DNA of 22,110 nt from Planctomycetota bacterium (GCA_034440595.1 JAWXCH010000392.1:1-22110); one strand, 5' to 3'. Counted from the stretch's first letter, positions 8,742 to 17,712 are shown. The notes: generated from the sequence alone by a model not told the origin. Numbers and translations: made by a program.

Positions 8742-9893
8742 TTACCGCACTTTACGCATGTACTTCAAAAAGTCGGCGTCCAGATTAGACAGATCGCCAA
8801 AGATGTCCTGAAACTCCTTCAGGCGTTCTGCCGGTTCGCTCCAGATCAACGGCTGCTTGGTGGCCATCAGTTGCATATAGGCCTTGTATTCTTTGGGCTT
8901 CTGCCGAATCAGAAAATAATTCAGTGCCCAGGCTTCGGCATAGGCGTCCACCGCTTGCCGCGGGTCGCGGAAACGTTTGTCATCGACGATCAATGACTTC
9001 AGCGACTCACTTGGTCGCGACATCGTATATTTGCGAAAATCACCAATCCGCAATCGGTTCACTTCGCCGATGGAACGCCAACCTTTGGAATTGCTCAGAT
9101 CGGGCGCTTCAAAATAAACCGCTATCCCTTCGCTGACCCACAATGGAATATCCGCAAACCGAGTTTGCAGCCCGCAGTTGTAAGCGATTTGATGTGTCGC
9201 CTCATGCACAATGGTAGCGACCATTTTTTCCGCATTCGGTTGAGCCAGCATCTGATTGATCTGCGCGGCGGAACCTCGCCGGTCATTGGCCCGACGGAGA
9301 GATTCCGTTCCGGTCAGGTCGTACATCGTCACGAGATTGGTTTTCAGGCTGTAATAGGCGATGACGTTGCGTGTAGCCTCGCCTAGTTCTGCCTTGGCCC
9401 AGCGTTCGTAGGATGCCTGGTCGGCAAACACGATGCAGACTAGGGGAAACTCCGGCTCGTGAAGTGTGAATCCTTTGTTTTTCCAGAAGTTCACAAAACC
9501 CGCGTACAGCCGCTCGAATAGCGCACCGCACCATTGTGCATAGGCTCGTGACGTATTGTGCAGAATCACATACCGGGCCGTGGTGTGGACTTCAAAGCCA
9601 GCCGGCAAAGTAGCGAGGAGTTCCTTGGCGACTTGCTCCTGCTTTAACGGGACCAGCGGAAGATCGTCACTGCGCCGGCTAACAAAGTCGGCTGGCTGCA
9701 TGCTGTGGAGCTGGCCGTCGGCCGTTAGCAGCATCAGACCACCATCGTCCGCTTGCACGACTAGCTTGCCTTGCAGAGTGACTTCCTTGTCGTTCTGGCG
9801 AACTTTTACATACTCCAGGCCATGCGATGCAGAGACAAGCGCGGCAAGGATTAAAGCAGAGCCAGCAAGCAAGCGTATTGTCGAGACTCGCAA
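8742..9893 (-). CDS. DUF1570-like secreted HExxH zinc metallopeptidase (putative)
   Basis: TTG start at 9893 follows the SD GAGGGGA. The N-terminus (M)RVSTIRLLAGSALILAALVSASHG is a signal peptide. The sequence IVHEATHQIAY carries an HExxH zinc-binding motif. The overall architecture resembles planctomycete DUF1570 proteins. Confidence 0.7.
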   Translation of the reverse strand: MRVSTIRLLAGSALILAALVSASHGLEYVKVRQNDKEVTLQGKLVVQADDGGLMLLTADGQLHSMQPADFVSRRSDDLPLVPLKQEQVAKELLATLPAGFEVHTTARYVILHNTSRAYAQWCGALFERLYAGFVNFWKNKGFTLHEPEFPLVCIVFADQASYERWAKAELGEATRNVIAYYSLKTNLVTMYDLTGTESLRRANDRRGSAAQINQMLAQPNAEKMVATIVHEATHQIAYNCGLQTRFADIPLWVSEGIAVYFEAPDLSNSKGWRSIGEVNRLRIGDFRKYTMSRPSESLKSLIVDDKRFRDPRQAVDAYAEAWALNYFLIRQKPKEYKAYMQLMATKQPLIWSEPAERLKEFQDIFGDLSNLDADFLKYMRKVR

Positions 9894-9923
9894 AATTGGC
9901 CATCCCCTCGCAATATTGTTCGA

Positions 9924-11285
9924 TCAAAACGTATCGGTGCCGAGCAGTTGTTGTTCGACTTGGTCCGCCTGAAATGCTATGGCCGCCAGCACCTGGCTGA
10001 CGCCGACCACGCTCAGCATGTTTGCCAAGTGGTTGGCCTGGATCACCAGAACCTCGGTTTCTCCCGATTTATCAACGGCGAATGCGCCGTGGACCATCTT
10101 GGTATTATAGCGTAGCAAAGTGAGGGCGTTCTGGTCGTTAGCCTGCCCGCAGATGGAACTGTAGGTGACCAAAGGATGGCCTTGCGGGTCCTTTTGGTCG
10201 AAACGAACCACGACGTTTTGCTTGCGCAAGGTTCCGATCGGGACAGTTACTTGCCAGGAATCGGCATTTTCGACCAGATTGTAGCCCGCGTCTTGTGCCA
10301 CCTGGCGGACCATTGCCTGTGGATCTTGATTTGGCGTTTGCGGTGCCAGTGCTGAAAAATCGAAGGCCATCCCCTGCCCTGCTGGTGCGCTGCGTGCTGC
10401 TGGAGCCGCCCCCTGTGGGTTAGCCTGTTGAGGTGCAGCACCCGATGCCATCGCTTCGCGCAGCATGCCCGGCAGCATCATGCCGAAGCCGGCCCCCATG
10501 CCCATTCCCATCGCGCCGGCATCGCCGCCCGTTCGTTCGGACATTTTGGCCATGCTCTGGCCGGCCTGATATTTAATAAAGTCATTCAGGTCACCAACGG
10601 CTCCCATCGAACTGCGGGCATCAATCGCCTTTTGTACTTCATCAGGTGGTGTGACCGCGTTGATGAAGAGATCGGCCAGTTCCAGTCCAAAGCGAGTGAA
10701 GTCATCGGCCACTTTGGCGCGGAGTGCAGAACTGATCTCTTCAAATCGGGCTGGCAGTTCCAGCAGGCTGACTCCCATCGATCCGAGTAAGTCAGTCAGC
10801 CGCGAAACGATCAGATCCTTTTGATAATTGGAGATATCCTCGGTTGTGTACTTGCCCTGTGTGCCGACCAGTGTGTTGATCAACAGTGCGCTGTCAACGA
10901 CACGGAATGTGAACTTGCCGAACGAACGGAGGCGGACCATGCCGAAATCTTTGTCGCGCAGCAGAATCGGCTGCCTGGTTCCCCATTTTTGATCGATGAA
11001 CGTCTGCTTGCCGACGTAATAGACCGACGCCTGGAACGGAGACTTTTCCCATGGGATGGTGAGGATCTTGGTAATAATCGGCAGATTGGCGGTGGTCAGC
11101 GTGTATCGGCCCGGGCCGAATGTATCCATCGCCTTACCATCGCGAAAGAAGATCGCTTCCTGGTTCTGATTGACGATCAGTTGCGCGCCGAACTTGATAT
11201 CGGCCGAACCTTCTGGCGGCTCACGGTGTACGAGCGAGCGATTGGACTCGTCAAAGAATTGAATGACCTCTAGTCGAATGCCCAT
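9924..11285 (-). CDS. SPFH/Band-7 domain protein of the COG4260 ('virion core protein'-like) type, with a C-terminal YbjN-like domain (tentative)
   Basis: ATG (minus strand) at 11285 follows the SD AGGAAA. The N-terminal ~230 aa match the COG4260 SPFH pattern ([19 protein letters not shown]...[16 protein letters not shown]...[13 protein letters not shown]...[11 protein letters not shown]). A Gly/Met/Ala/Gln-rich linker follows. The C-terminal ~130 aa end ...[13 protein letters not shown]...[16 protein letters not shown], which is reminiscent of the YbjN (putative sensory-transduction regulator) fold. A 30-nt gap separates this gene from the downstream peptidase gene. Confidence 0.75.
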   Translation of the reverse strand: MGIRLEVIQFFDESNRSLVHREPPEGSADIKFGAQLIVNQNQEAIFFRDGKAMDTFGPGRYTLTTANLPIITKILTIPWEKSPFQASVYYVGKQTFIDQKWGTRQPILLRDKDFGMVRLRSFGKFTFRVVDSALLINTLVGTQGKYTTEDISNYQKDLIVSRLTDLLGSMGVSLLELPARFEEISSALRAKVADDFTRFGLELADLFINAVTPPDEVQKAIDARSSMGAVGDLNDFIKYQAGQSMAKMSERTGGDAGAMGMGMGAGFGMMLPGMLREAMASGAAPQQANPQGAAPAARSAPAGQGMAFDFSALAPQTPNQDPQAMVRQVAQDAGYNLVENADSWQVTVPIGTLRKQNVVVRFDQKDPQGHPLVTYSSICGQANDQNALTLLRYNTKMVHGAFAVDKSGETEVLVIQANHLANMLSVVGVSQVLAAIAFQADQVEQQLLGTDTF

Positions 11286-11399
11286 GGTCGTGTTTTCCTA
11301 AAGATGAATCCGAAGAAATGAAAATGGGACCGAGTTGAATGCGACGCACGATGCCGCAGATGATTCTGCCACATTCCGTCCAATTCGCCTAGGAAAGGC

Positions 11400-11912
11400 T
11401 TATTCCAGCCCTTTGAGGATATTTTCTCGTTTGTTCCAAATCTGCTCGGCTTCATCGAGCTGTTGGAGCAAGCTATTGACTGCCTCAGCCGGTTTGTCAG
11501 CGACGCTTGCTGGCAGCGATTCGATACCGCGAGCCAGGGCTTCGATACGGTCCATCATCATAACGTCGTGTTCGTAAACCTTGTCCAAAACTGCTTCATC
11601 GACGCGGACCAGATCAAAAATACCGCTGTATCCCTGCATGGCCCCGCGGATTCGGCCGATGAGTTTGTCGCTCTGTGCGCGTAAACGGTCAAACTGTGGC
11701 AATACATCGATTTGACCGGCGTCGACCAAGGTTCTGGTGACGGTATCAATTCCTTTTTTGGAACGTTGCAGTCGATCGGCCAGCCATTCTCGCTGCAAGG
11801 CGTCGCTTTCGCGCCGATTTTCCTTTTCGAGATATCCCTTGAAGCCGGGAATTTTCTTGAGAACGGTTTCTAACCAGTTGCGATTGTCAGCATGGTCGCG
11901 CGGTTCAGACAC
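11400..11912 (-). CDS. Hypothetical alpha-helical protein, first gene of the minus-strand cluster
   Basis: GTG start at 11912 is preceded by GAGGGG with a 7-nt spacer. The listed TTG at 11927 would leave only a 4-nt spacer before that SD and is less likely. The protein is about 170 aa, charged and helical (e.g. LVRVDEAVLDKVYEHDVMMMDRIEALARGIESL). It lies 114 nt upstream of the SPFH gene in the same orientation. Confidence 0.55.
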   Translation of the reverse strand: MSEPRDHADNRNWLETVLKKIPGFKGYLEKENRRESDALQREWLADRLQRSKKGIDTVTRTLVDAGQIDVLPQFDRLRAQSDKLIGRIRGAMQGYSGIFDLVRVDEAVLDKVYEHDVMMMDRIEALARGIESLPASVADKPAEAVNSLLQQLDEAEQIWNKRENILKGLE

Positions 11913-12278
11913 AGCATGGCCCCTCAATTGGATGATTTTACCTGTAAGACTTAAATAGAATTGTCGACTAGAACCCGCAACTCACCTGATTTACAAAGAT
12001 ACAGCAAATTTCGCACATTGCCCGGACAACAAGTTCCAATCAGCTTGGCTGGTGGGATTTGGCAGGCTTTCACCTGTTTTCCCAAAAGCGCCTCGGTTGC
12101 TTTAACCGGGCCTATCTCCCACTATTGCGAATGCATCTTACCAATTGATTGCGCATTGGGACAGGAATTTTACATTGGCAAAGTAGAAGAACTTGTAAAA
12201 CCATGCGAATTGGCGTCCTGACCGGTTGTTTGCCTGTCGAAATCGTACAGAATCTGACGTGGAACGGTTCGGGGCCAT

Positions 12279-12288
12279 TTGCTATAGT
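12279..12288 (+). promoter_or_regulatory. Extended -10 element TGcTATAGT, a candidate promoter for CDS 12345..13052
   Basis: TATAGT at 12283-12288 with TG at 12280-12281. It lies ~57 nt upstream of the ATG. The -35 is weak (TGGAAC). Confidence 0.25.
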
Positions 12289-12344
12289 CCGCCCCCAACG
12301 GGCGATCAGCCCGGCATCTTCCAATACTGATTTTACATTCACCG

Positions 12345-13052
12345 ATGGTCTTTATGCGCATTCAACATCAGCACTTGTGCAGAATCGGCTGTGTGCTGCT
12401 GCTACTGTTTCTGAGTGCCTGCACAAGCCCTCGAAAGCCGATGCGCTGGCCCTGGTCGGAACCAGATCAGACGGCTGATTTGGCCAAATATGGACCCACA
12501 TCTGCTCAAAAGGTCGATCAACTGCGTGCTTTGGCGGAACGAGCCAGCGAGGCAGATGAGGCAACTCGACAGCGTGTTTCTCAGGAACTGGCGGAACAAA
12601 TTCGCCGCGAGGAATCTCCGCTCGTCCGAATGCAAATCATCCGTACAGCGGCCAGGTATCCAACACCGACCAGTCTCGAGATTCTGCGCGGCAGTCTGAA
12701 GGATCCTGACAAGGATGTGCGCATCATAGCTTGCCAGGTCTGGGGAAAGCGAGCCGATGCTGAATCGGTCCAATTGCTCGGAGAGACCCTGCGCAGCGAC
12801 AGCGATTTTGATGTCCGCATTGCCGCGACAAAAGCACTCGGCACGACTGGCAGCCCGGCAGCGGTGCCGATGCTAGCGACGGCCATTGAAGACCCCGATC
12901 CCGCCATGCAACTGCGCGCGGTAGAGTCGATGCGGACCACCAGCGGCAAGGACTTTGGAGACGATGTCAAGGCCTGGCGCGAGTACGCCAAGAACCCTTC
13001 GTTGGAACCAAAGAACCAATCGGTTGCCGAACGAATTCGGAAAATATTCTAG
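12345..13052 (+). CDS. HEAT-repeat (PBS-lyase-like) lipoprotein
   Basis: N-terminus MVFMRIQHQHLCRIGCVLLLLFLSAC ends in the lipobox L-S-A-C. Four HEAT-like repeats follow (SPLVRMQIIRTAARY, DPDKDVRIIACQVWGK, DSDFDVRIAATKALGTTG, DPDPAMQLRAVESM). The start may be ATG 12354. Confidence 0.7.
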   Translation: MVFMRIQHQHLCRIGCVLLLLFLSACTSPRKPMRWPWSEPDQTADLAKYGPTSAQKVDQLRALAERASEADEATRQRVSQELAEQIRREESPLVRMQIIRTAARYPTPTSLEILRGSLKDPDKDVRIIACQVWGKRADAESVQLLGETLRSDSDFDVRIAATKALGTTGSPAAVPMLATAIEDPDPAMQLRAVESMRTTSGKDFGDDVKAWREYAKNPSLEPKNQSVAERIRKIF

Positions 13053-13129
13053 GCATCGCTGCTGCACAGCCGCACCTTAAAAAAGCTGAGAACTGACTCG
13101 TTAGATATTGTGAAGGAGATTCGGTCCAT

Positions 13130-14743
13130 ATGATTCGCCTTGTCTGCTGCTGCATGTTGTTCTTCGTACTGACCGGCTACTGGATGACATCACGCGCTGC
13201 GGATGAAGGGGCCCGTCCAAACGGGATATTCAGCTCGCCAGGCTCATCGCAGCCGCAACCGATATTGCCCGACGCTCCGCCGGCCCCTGCCCCAATCATT
13301 CAGCATAGAAAACCGGCTCGCGCAGGTACTTCCTCGTTTCCTTCCATAGCAGCGGCTCCTTTTGAGGCACCCAGTGCGGCTGCCATCTCGTTATCTCCGC
13401 CCGCAGAGAGTAAAGAGACAACCACCGAGTCCGCAGTACCACGCACCGCTTTTGCTACGAAAGATTCCAGTGACGCTCTCAAGACCCAGAATGAGACCGG
13501 TGAAAAACCCGGCGAAGATCCTGAAGTGGAAACCGCAACAGAGTCGGTCGATGAAAGCTCAGGGGACATAGAGGCGGATATTGAGGAACAAGCCAGGCTG
13601 AGTTCATTCTCTCCTGAACAACTTGCTTTGCGAAAGCGGATCCACAACGCTCTGGGTATTTACTCCACGAAGCACCTGAATACTCGCGATAATACTCCCT
13701 GGGAGATCATGCACGCCTTCGTGGCCTACAACATTCCGACGACCATTCGTCGCGATGGCCCTAGCGGTCAAGAGATCAACGCTATTGGTTGGTTGCTCTG
13801 GGGAGGTCGCTGTCAGGGGCAAACGATTCTCACAACAATAAACGGACGCCCGTATGCTCAAATCGGTCCAGGCGTGCAAGGACATCCGGCGCAATTGCTG
13901 GCAATTCTGGCACAGTCGCGGGTCAGTGCGAAGACTCCTATGCTGTTGGATGGCAAGAACTTTACCCTGCAGGATCTGATCGACGAAGAGAAACTGGATT
14001 GCCGCGCAAACACTGAATTGACGTTTAAATTGATTTCGCTTGCCCATTACCTTCCGACCGACTCGGTTTGGAAATCGCGCGACGGCCAGGATTGGTCCAT
14101 TCCGCGATTGATAGGTGAGGAAATTCGCCAGCCAATTCGTGGAGCCGCCTGCGGTGGCACGCATCGTCTGTTCGGCTTGAGCTACGCCTACAAAATGCGA
14201 CTCAAGCGAGGAGAGCCGGTGACTGGCGAGTACCTGCGGGCTCAGAAGTACATCGAAGACTATCACCGCTACGCTGACTCATTGCAAAATTCGGACGGCA
14301 GCTTCAGCACGGAATGGTTCGCACGCCGCGGTGATCGCCAGGACCTGGACCGCAAGATCCAAACAACCGGGCACATTTTGGAGTGGCTGGTGTTTTCGAT
14401 GACCGACGAGCAACTTCGCGAGCCAGACACTGTCAGAGCGGTGAATTTTATCGCCAGCAACTTACAACAGAATCCTGATCGGGTGTGGAGCATCGGACCC
14501 CTTGGCCATGCGTTGCATGCCTTGATGATGTACGACGAACGGGTGTTTCAGAAGCCACGACAGCCTGCAGCTTTGGCCAAGGATGATGCACCGAAACCGT
14601 CAACAGCTCCAGAAGTGCCAGGCGAATCCGAGCCAGAAGGTTTGCCTGAAAATTCTGCCACGGATGTGTCCTCCGAACCGAAGGAAAAGGCCGCGTTTCG
14701 CCCAGAAGAAGCAACTGATAACATCGAGGGGCCTCGCTTCTAA
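13130..14743 (+). CDS. Secreted hypothetical protein: signal peptide, long Pro/Ala/Ser/Glu low-complexity region, globular domain (possibly alpha/alpha-toroid prenyltransferase/squalene-oxidase-repeat-like) and an acidic tail
   Basis: ATG at 13130 follows the SD AAGGAG. Signal peptide is MIRLVCCCMLFFVLTGYWMTSRAADEG. Residues ~40-180 are low complexity. The QxxDGSF/W-type repeats (QNSDGSFSTEWF, AIGWLLWGG, GHILEWLV) and the stretch AACGGTHRLFGLSYAY hint at a terpenoid-cyclase-like fold. This is tentative. Confidence 0.6.
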   Translation: MIRLVCCCMLFFVLTGYWMTSRAADEGARPNGIFSSPGSSQPQPILPDAPPAPAPIIQHRKPARAGTSSFPSIAAAPFEAPSAAAISLSPPAESKETTTESAVPRTAFATKDSSDALKTQNETGEKPGEDPEVETATESVDESSGDIEADIEEQARLSSFSPEQLALRKRIHNALGIYSTKHLNTRDNTPWEIMHAFVAYNIPTTIRRDGPSGQEINAIGWLLWGGRCQGQTILTTINGRPYAQIGPGVQGHPAQLLAILAQSRVSAKTPMLLDGKNFTLQDLIDEEKLDCRANTELTFKLISLAHYLPTDSVWKSRDGQDWSIPRLIGEEIRQPIRGAACGGTHRLFGLSYAYKMRLKRGEPVTGEYLRAQKYIEDYHRYADSLQNSDGSFSTEWFARRGDRQDLDRKIQTTGHILEWLVFSMTDEQLREPDTVRAVNFIASNLQQNPDRVWSIGPLGHALHALMMYDERVFQKPRQPAALAKDDAPKPSTAPEVPGESEPEGLPENSATDVSSEPKEKAAFRPEEATDNIEGPRF

Positions 14744-14998
14744 TAGTTGCAGTGAATCAGTCAGTGCCCTCCGGCCTCGATCAGCCGCAATCCAGTTACC
14801 AAACCTCACCACCCTCTCCTCCTTTAATCGCTGCAATCTGCATATTCCGATGGCCAGCGGATAAATCGCCAGGAATATTGCTACTTATGATGTGACCGCG
14901 AAACCAGTTTCTTGCACCTATGTTTGTGTGGGACTGGCTTTGCCTGCCAGGGGTCACCACGCAAAGTTGGAGCGAAATCAAGCAACAAGAGGTTCGCG

Positions 14999-16057
14999 AT
15001 GAGTTCTGTTCCCTTGCAACGAATGCAGCCCCCCGCTTGCGACAGCGCCAGAAAATCCCTACCATTTCCTCAGCTTGCCAAAAAAACGCTCCGATTGCCC
15101 ACTGCCGCCGCCGAATTGAACGCTTCGTCAGCAATGAAAATTCTCAAGCTCACTGACCACTTTCAGCGAATGATCGAGCTGGCCGGCAAGCTGGCTGACA
15201 TGGTCAAAGCCGACGCTATGCTGCTGCTGATCGAGCGTCCTACGGACTGGGCACAGCTCCGAGCAATCGCATCTGAAAGCAAATTGCTGCTAGCCGCCGA
15301 TACGCCCGAGCAAATTCACGGTGCCAAGGAGGCAGGGTTCACGACGGTCCTGCTCAGCATGGCTGACAGCCCGGTTTATGAAAAACTAACACAGGCGCTG
15401 CTGGAATGCGTGGCCGACGAAGTTTTGGCACCCGGTTCGCGCGTCGTCGCACTCTATAGCGGCTTTGAATCCGGTACAGTTGACTCGATGAGTGTGATCA
15501 ATCTCGGGGAACACCTGGAGCGACTCACTGCCCGCGATCTGCGACAACTGGAAACCAACGTGCCGCTGGACACGCTGAAAACTGTAGTTGATTTGGCTGT
15601 CGACATTGGCCGCGAAGGACGCGAAGGAAAACCGGTTGGCACCTTGTTCGTGGTCGGAGATTCCAGAAAAGTCCTGGCCAGCAGTCATCCGACCGGGTTT
15701 GATCCGATGCGCGGCTATCCAAAGCGCGAACGTAGCCTAAGTGATGCCCGCGTCCGCGAGGGAGTCAAAGAAATCGCACAGATGGACGGGGCGTTCATTG
15801 TGGCGTCGGATGGCACGGTCGAGGCGGCCTGCCGTTACATCGATGCCCCGGCAACCACCATCACCTTGTCCAAGGGACTCGGCTCACGCCATTGGGCCGC
15901 CGCCGCCATTACACGGAAAACCAAGTCCGTCGCAGTGGCCGTGAGCGAATCCAATGGAACGGTTCGGATCTTTCAGAATGGCGAAGTGGTGCTGCGGATC
16001 GAGCCGTTCCACCGCCCGATGAAGTGGAAGGACTTTGAATACGAGCCGCCGGAGTGA
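14999..16057 (+). CDS. Diadenylate cyclase (c-di-AMP synthase, DAC domain) with a non-canonical soluble N-terminal domain; alternative start ATG 15134
   Basis: The C-terminal DAC/DisA_N signature is GTLFVVGDS...DGAFIVASDGTV...LGSRHWAAAAITRKTKSVAVAVSESNGTVRIFQNGEV. There are no N-terminal TM helices, so it is not CdaA-like, and no HhH motif, so it is not DisA-like. ATG 14999 is preceded by AAGAGG with a 6-nt spacer. The globular N-domain starts at MKILKL (15134). Confidence 0.8.
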   Translation: MSSVPLQRMQPPACDSARKSLPFPQLAKKTLRLPTAAAELNASSAMKILKLTDHFQRMIELAGKLADMVKADAMLLLIERPTDWAQLRAIASESKLLLAADTPEQIHGAKEAGFTTVLLSMADSPVYEKLTQALLECVADEVLAPGSRVVALYSGFESGTVDSMSVINLGEHLERLTARDLRQLETNVPLDTLKTVVDLAVDIGREGREGKPVGTLFVVGDSRKVLASSHPTGFDPMRGYPKRERSLSDARVREGVKEIAQMDGAFIVASDGTVEAACRYIDAPATTITLSKGLGSRHWAAAAITRKTKSVAVAVSESNGTVRIFQNGEVVLRIEPFHRPMKWKDFEYEPPE

Positions 16058-16143
16058 TCCGGGCCATTCTCCAGTTCGTCTGCTGCGCCTAAGATGATAA
16101 ACATCTGTGGGGCGACAGCACGGTTTTAAACTGGAGTTCTGCC

Positions 16144-17214
16144 TTGCGATTTTTGCTCTATGGAGCCAACGGCTACACTGGTCGCCTCATCGCTCAAGAG
16201 GCGGTTCGACGCGGTTTGCACCCCATTCTGGCGGGGCGTACCGCTTCCAGCATCGAACCGCTGGCCCGTGAGTTGAATCTGCGGTCGCGGTCGTTTCCGC
16301 TCTCTGCCGACAATATTCCGGCCATTGCTGCCGAATTGGCGGATGTCGATCTGGTGCTCAATTGTGCCGGCCCGTTTGCCTTGACCGCGCGGCCTATGAT
16401 TGAAGCCTGTCTACAGGCCAAGGTGCATTATCTGGATATCACGGGCGAGATTGATGTTATTGAGTTCGCGGCCGCACAAAGTTCACGGGCTGTTGCCGCT
16501 GGGATTACCGTTCTGCCGGCGGTTGGCTTTGATGTGGTGCCGACCGATTGCCTGGCGCTGATGCTGCTGGCAGATATGTTATCTGCTGTCAGCTTGAAGT
16601 TGGCGTTTGCAGCACTCGGTCAGATCAGCCGGGGCACAGCCAAGACATTACTGCGAAAACTGCCCGAAGGGGGCATGGTCCGCAAACAAGGCAAGCTGAT
16701 CAAAGTGCCAACTGCCTGGAAGTCGCAAAAAATCCGCTTTCACGATCACGCACGCTGGGCCATGACCATTCCCTGGGGCGATGTCGCGTCTGCCTTCTAT
16801 TCAACTGGAATACCGGACATTGAGGTCTACGCAGCAGCACCACGTAAGCAGATCAAGGCCGCCACCTGGATCCGCTGGATGTTGCCAGCACTCGGCGTCA
16901 CGCCGTTTCGTCAAGTGGCAGAATGGTGGATCGATCGTAAAATGACCGGTCCAACTGAAGCGGAGCGCAGCAGTGGGCGTTCGATGATCTGGGGGCAAGT
17001 GACGGACGGGCAAGGGCGCACAATCGAGCGCTGCTTAGAGACGCTCGACGGTTATGCACTGACGATCGAAACAGCGCTGGCCGCGATCCGCCGGTTCAGC
17101 GAATCGCCGCCGGCCACCGGCTATCAAACGCCGTGCACCGCGTTTGGTGCAGATTTTATTGCTGGCATTCCGGGCACGGAAGTGTTTGAGGCGAGCGTCG
17201 TGTCTGGAAAATGA
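16144..17214 (+). CDS. Saccharopine dehydrogenase NADP-binding domain protein (trans-enoyl-reductase-like oxidoreductase)
   Basis: TTG start at 16144 is preceded by GGAG. The N-terminal Rossmann motif is LLYGANGYTGRLIAQEA. The length of ~356 aa fits the family. Confidence 0.75.
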   Translation: MRFLLYGANGYTGRLIAQEAVRRGLHPILAGRTASSIEPLARELNLRSRSFPLSADNIPAIAAELADVDLVLNCAGPFALTARPMIEACLQAKVHYLDITGEIDVIEFAAAQSSRAVAAGITVLPAVGFDVVPTDCLALMLLADMLSAVSLKLAFAALGQISRGTAKTLLRKLPEGGMVRKQGKLIKVPTAWKSQKIRFHDHARWAMTIPWGDVASAFYSTGIPDIEVYAAAPRKQIKAATWIRWMLPALGVTPFRQVAEWWIDRKMTGPTEAERSSGRSMIWGQVTDGQGRTIERCLETLDGYALTIETALAAIRRFSESPPATGYQTPCTAFGADFIAGIPGTEVFEASVVSGK

Positions 17215-17277
17215 CTAATAGTGAATGAGCAGAATGCATGTACTACTTGTCAGTCAACAGAATCTTAGGGCATAACT

Positions 17278-17598
17278 ATGATCACGTATGCAGATGCATT
17301 AGCAATTGCGCGTCGCTATCTTAAAGAGTGGGAGCATTCCGCCATCCCTTTGCGGCTACTCGAAGATATAACCATGACGCGAGAGTTTGGCTGGGTGTTC
17401 TTCTATGATTCCGCAAAATCAGTAGGATCGAATGAACCTGGGGAAGATATCGCGGGTAACGCTCCCATAATTATTGACCGAAAAGACGGGTCGTTGCATG
17501 TGACCGGTACTGGACGCCCTATCGAATATTTTATCGATAACTATGAGCGAACCGGAGAGACGGTGCCAACCAGGAAGGACTTTCCTTCACCAGAGTAG
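17278..17598 (+). CDS. YrhB/Imm35-like protein, a putative orphan immunity protein of polymorphic-toxin systems
   Basis: The 106-aa protein is MITYADALAIARRYL...EFGWVFFYDSAKSVGSNEPGEDIAGNAPIIIDRKDGSLHVTGTGRPIEYFIDNYERTGE. It matches the YrhB-family pattern (MITYeeA...yGWvFFYqS...AGNaPiiVdK.dG.i...gT..PiE.YieeYe). Local GC content is visibly lower than in flanking DNA. Confidence 0.7.
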   Translation: MITYADALAIARRYLKEWEHSAIPLRLLEDITMTREFGWVFFYDSAKSVGSNEPGEDIAGNAPIIIDRKDGSLHVTGTGRPIEYFIDNYERTGETVPTRKDFPSPE

Positions 17599-17652
17599 GC
17601 AATTGCAGCCTCATTGAACGTCCCTTTCAGGGCCGAAACTTGATCTGGTCTA

Positions 17653-17712
17653 CTAACCCGGGGTTCTGGTCGCTGCGCTCCCATCACCCCGGGCTGACAG
17701 AGACGACCCTTC
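17653..17712 (+). repeat. Solo copy of the GC-rich stem-loop repeat module, same family as the termini of the 3757-4116 palindrome
   Basis: ctaaCCCGGGGttctggtcgctgcgctcccatcaCCCCGGGctgacagagacgaccctt. It is near-identical to 4065-4114 apart from a longer loop. The 7-bp CCCGGGG/CCCCGGG stem is conserved. It lies in the convergent intergenic gap between 17598 and 17768. Confidence 0.75.

Noticed and set aside
13643-13651. DnaA-box-like ggatccaca (7/9 match to TTATCCACA)
   Set aside because: It lies inside a coding region far from dnaA, and a single degenerate box is expected by chance.
13604-14266. 220-aa minus-strand ORF inside the 537-aa secreted protein gene
   Set aside because: It is antisense to a CDS that has a strong SD and signal peptide, and it shows no recognisable features.
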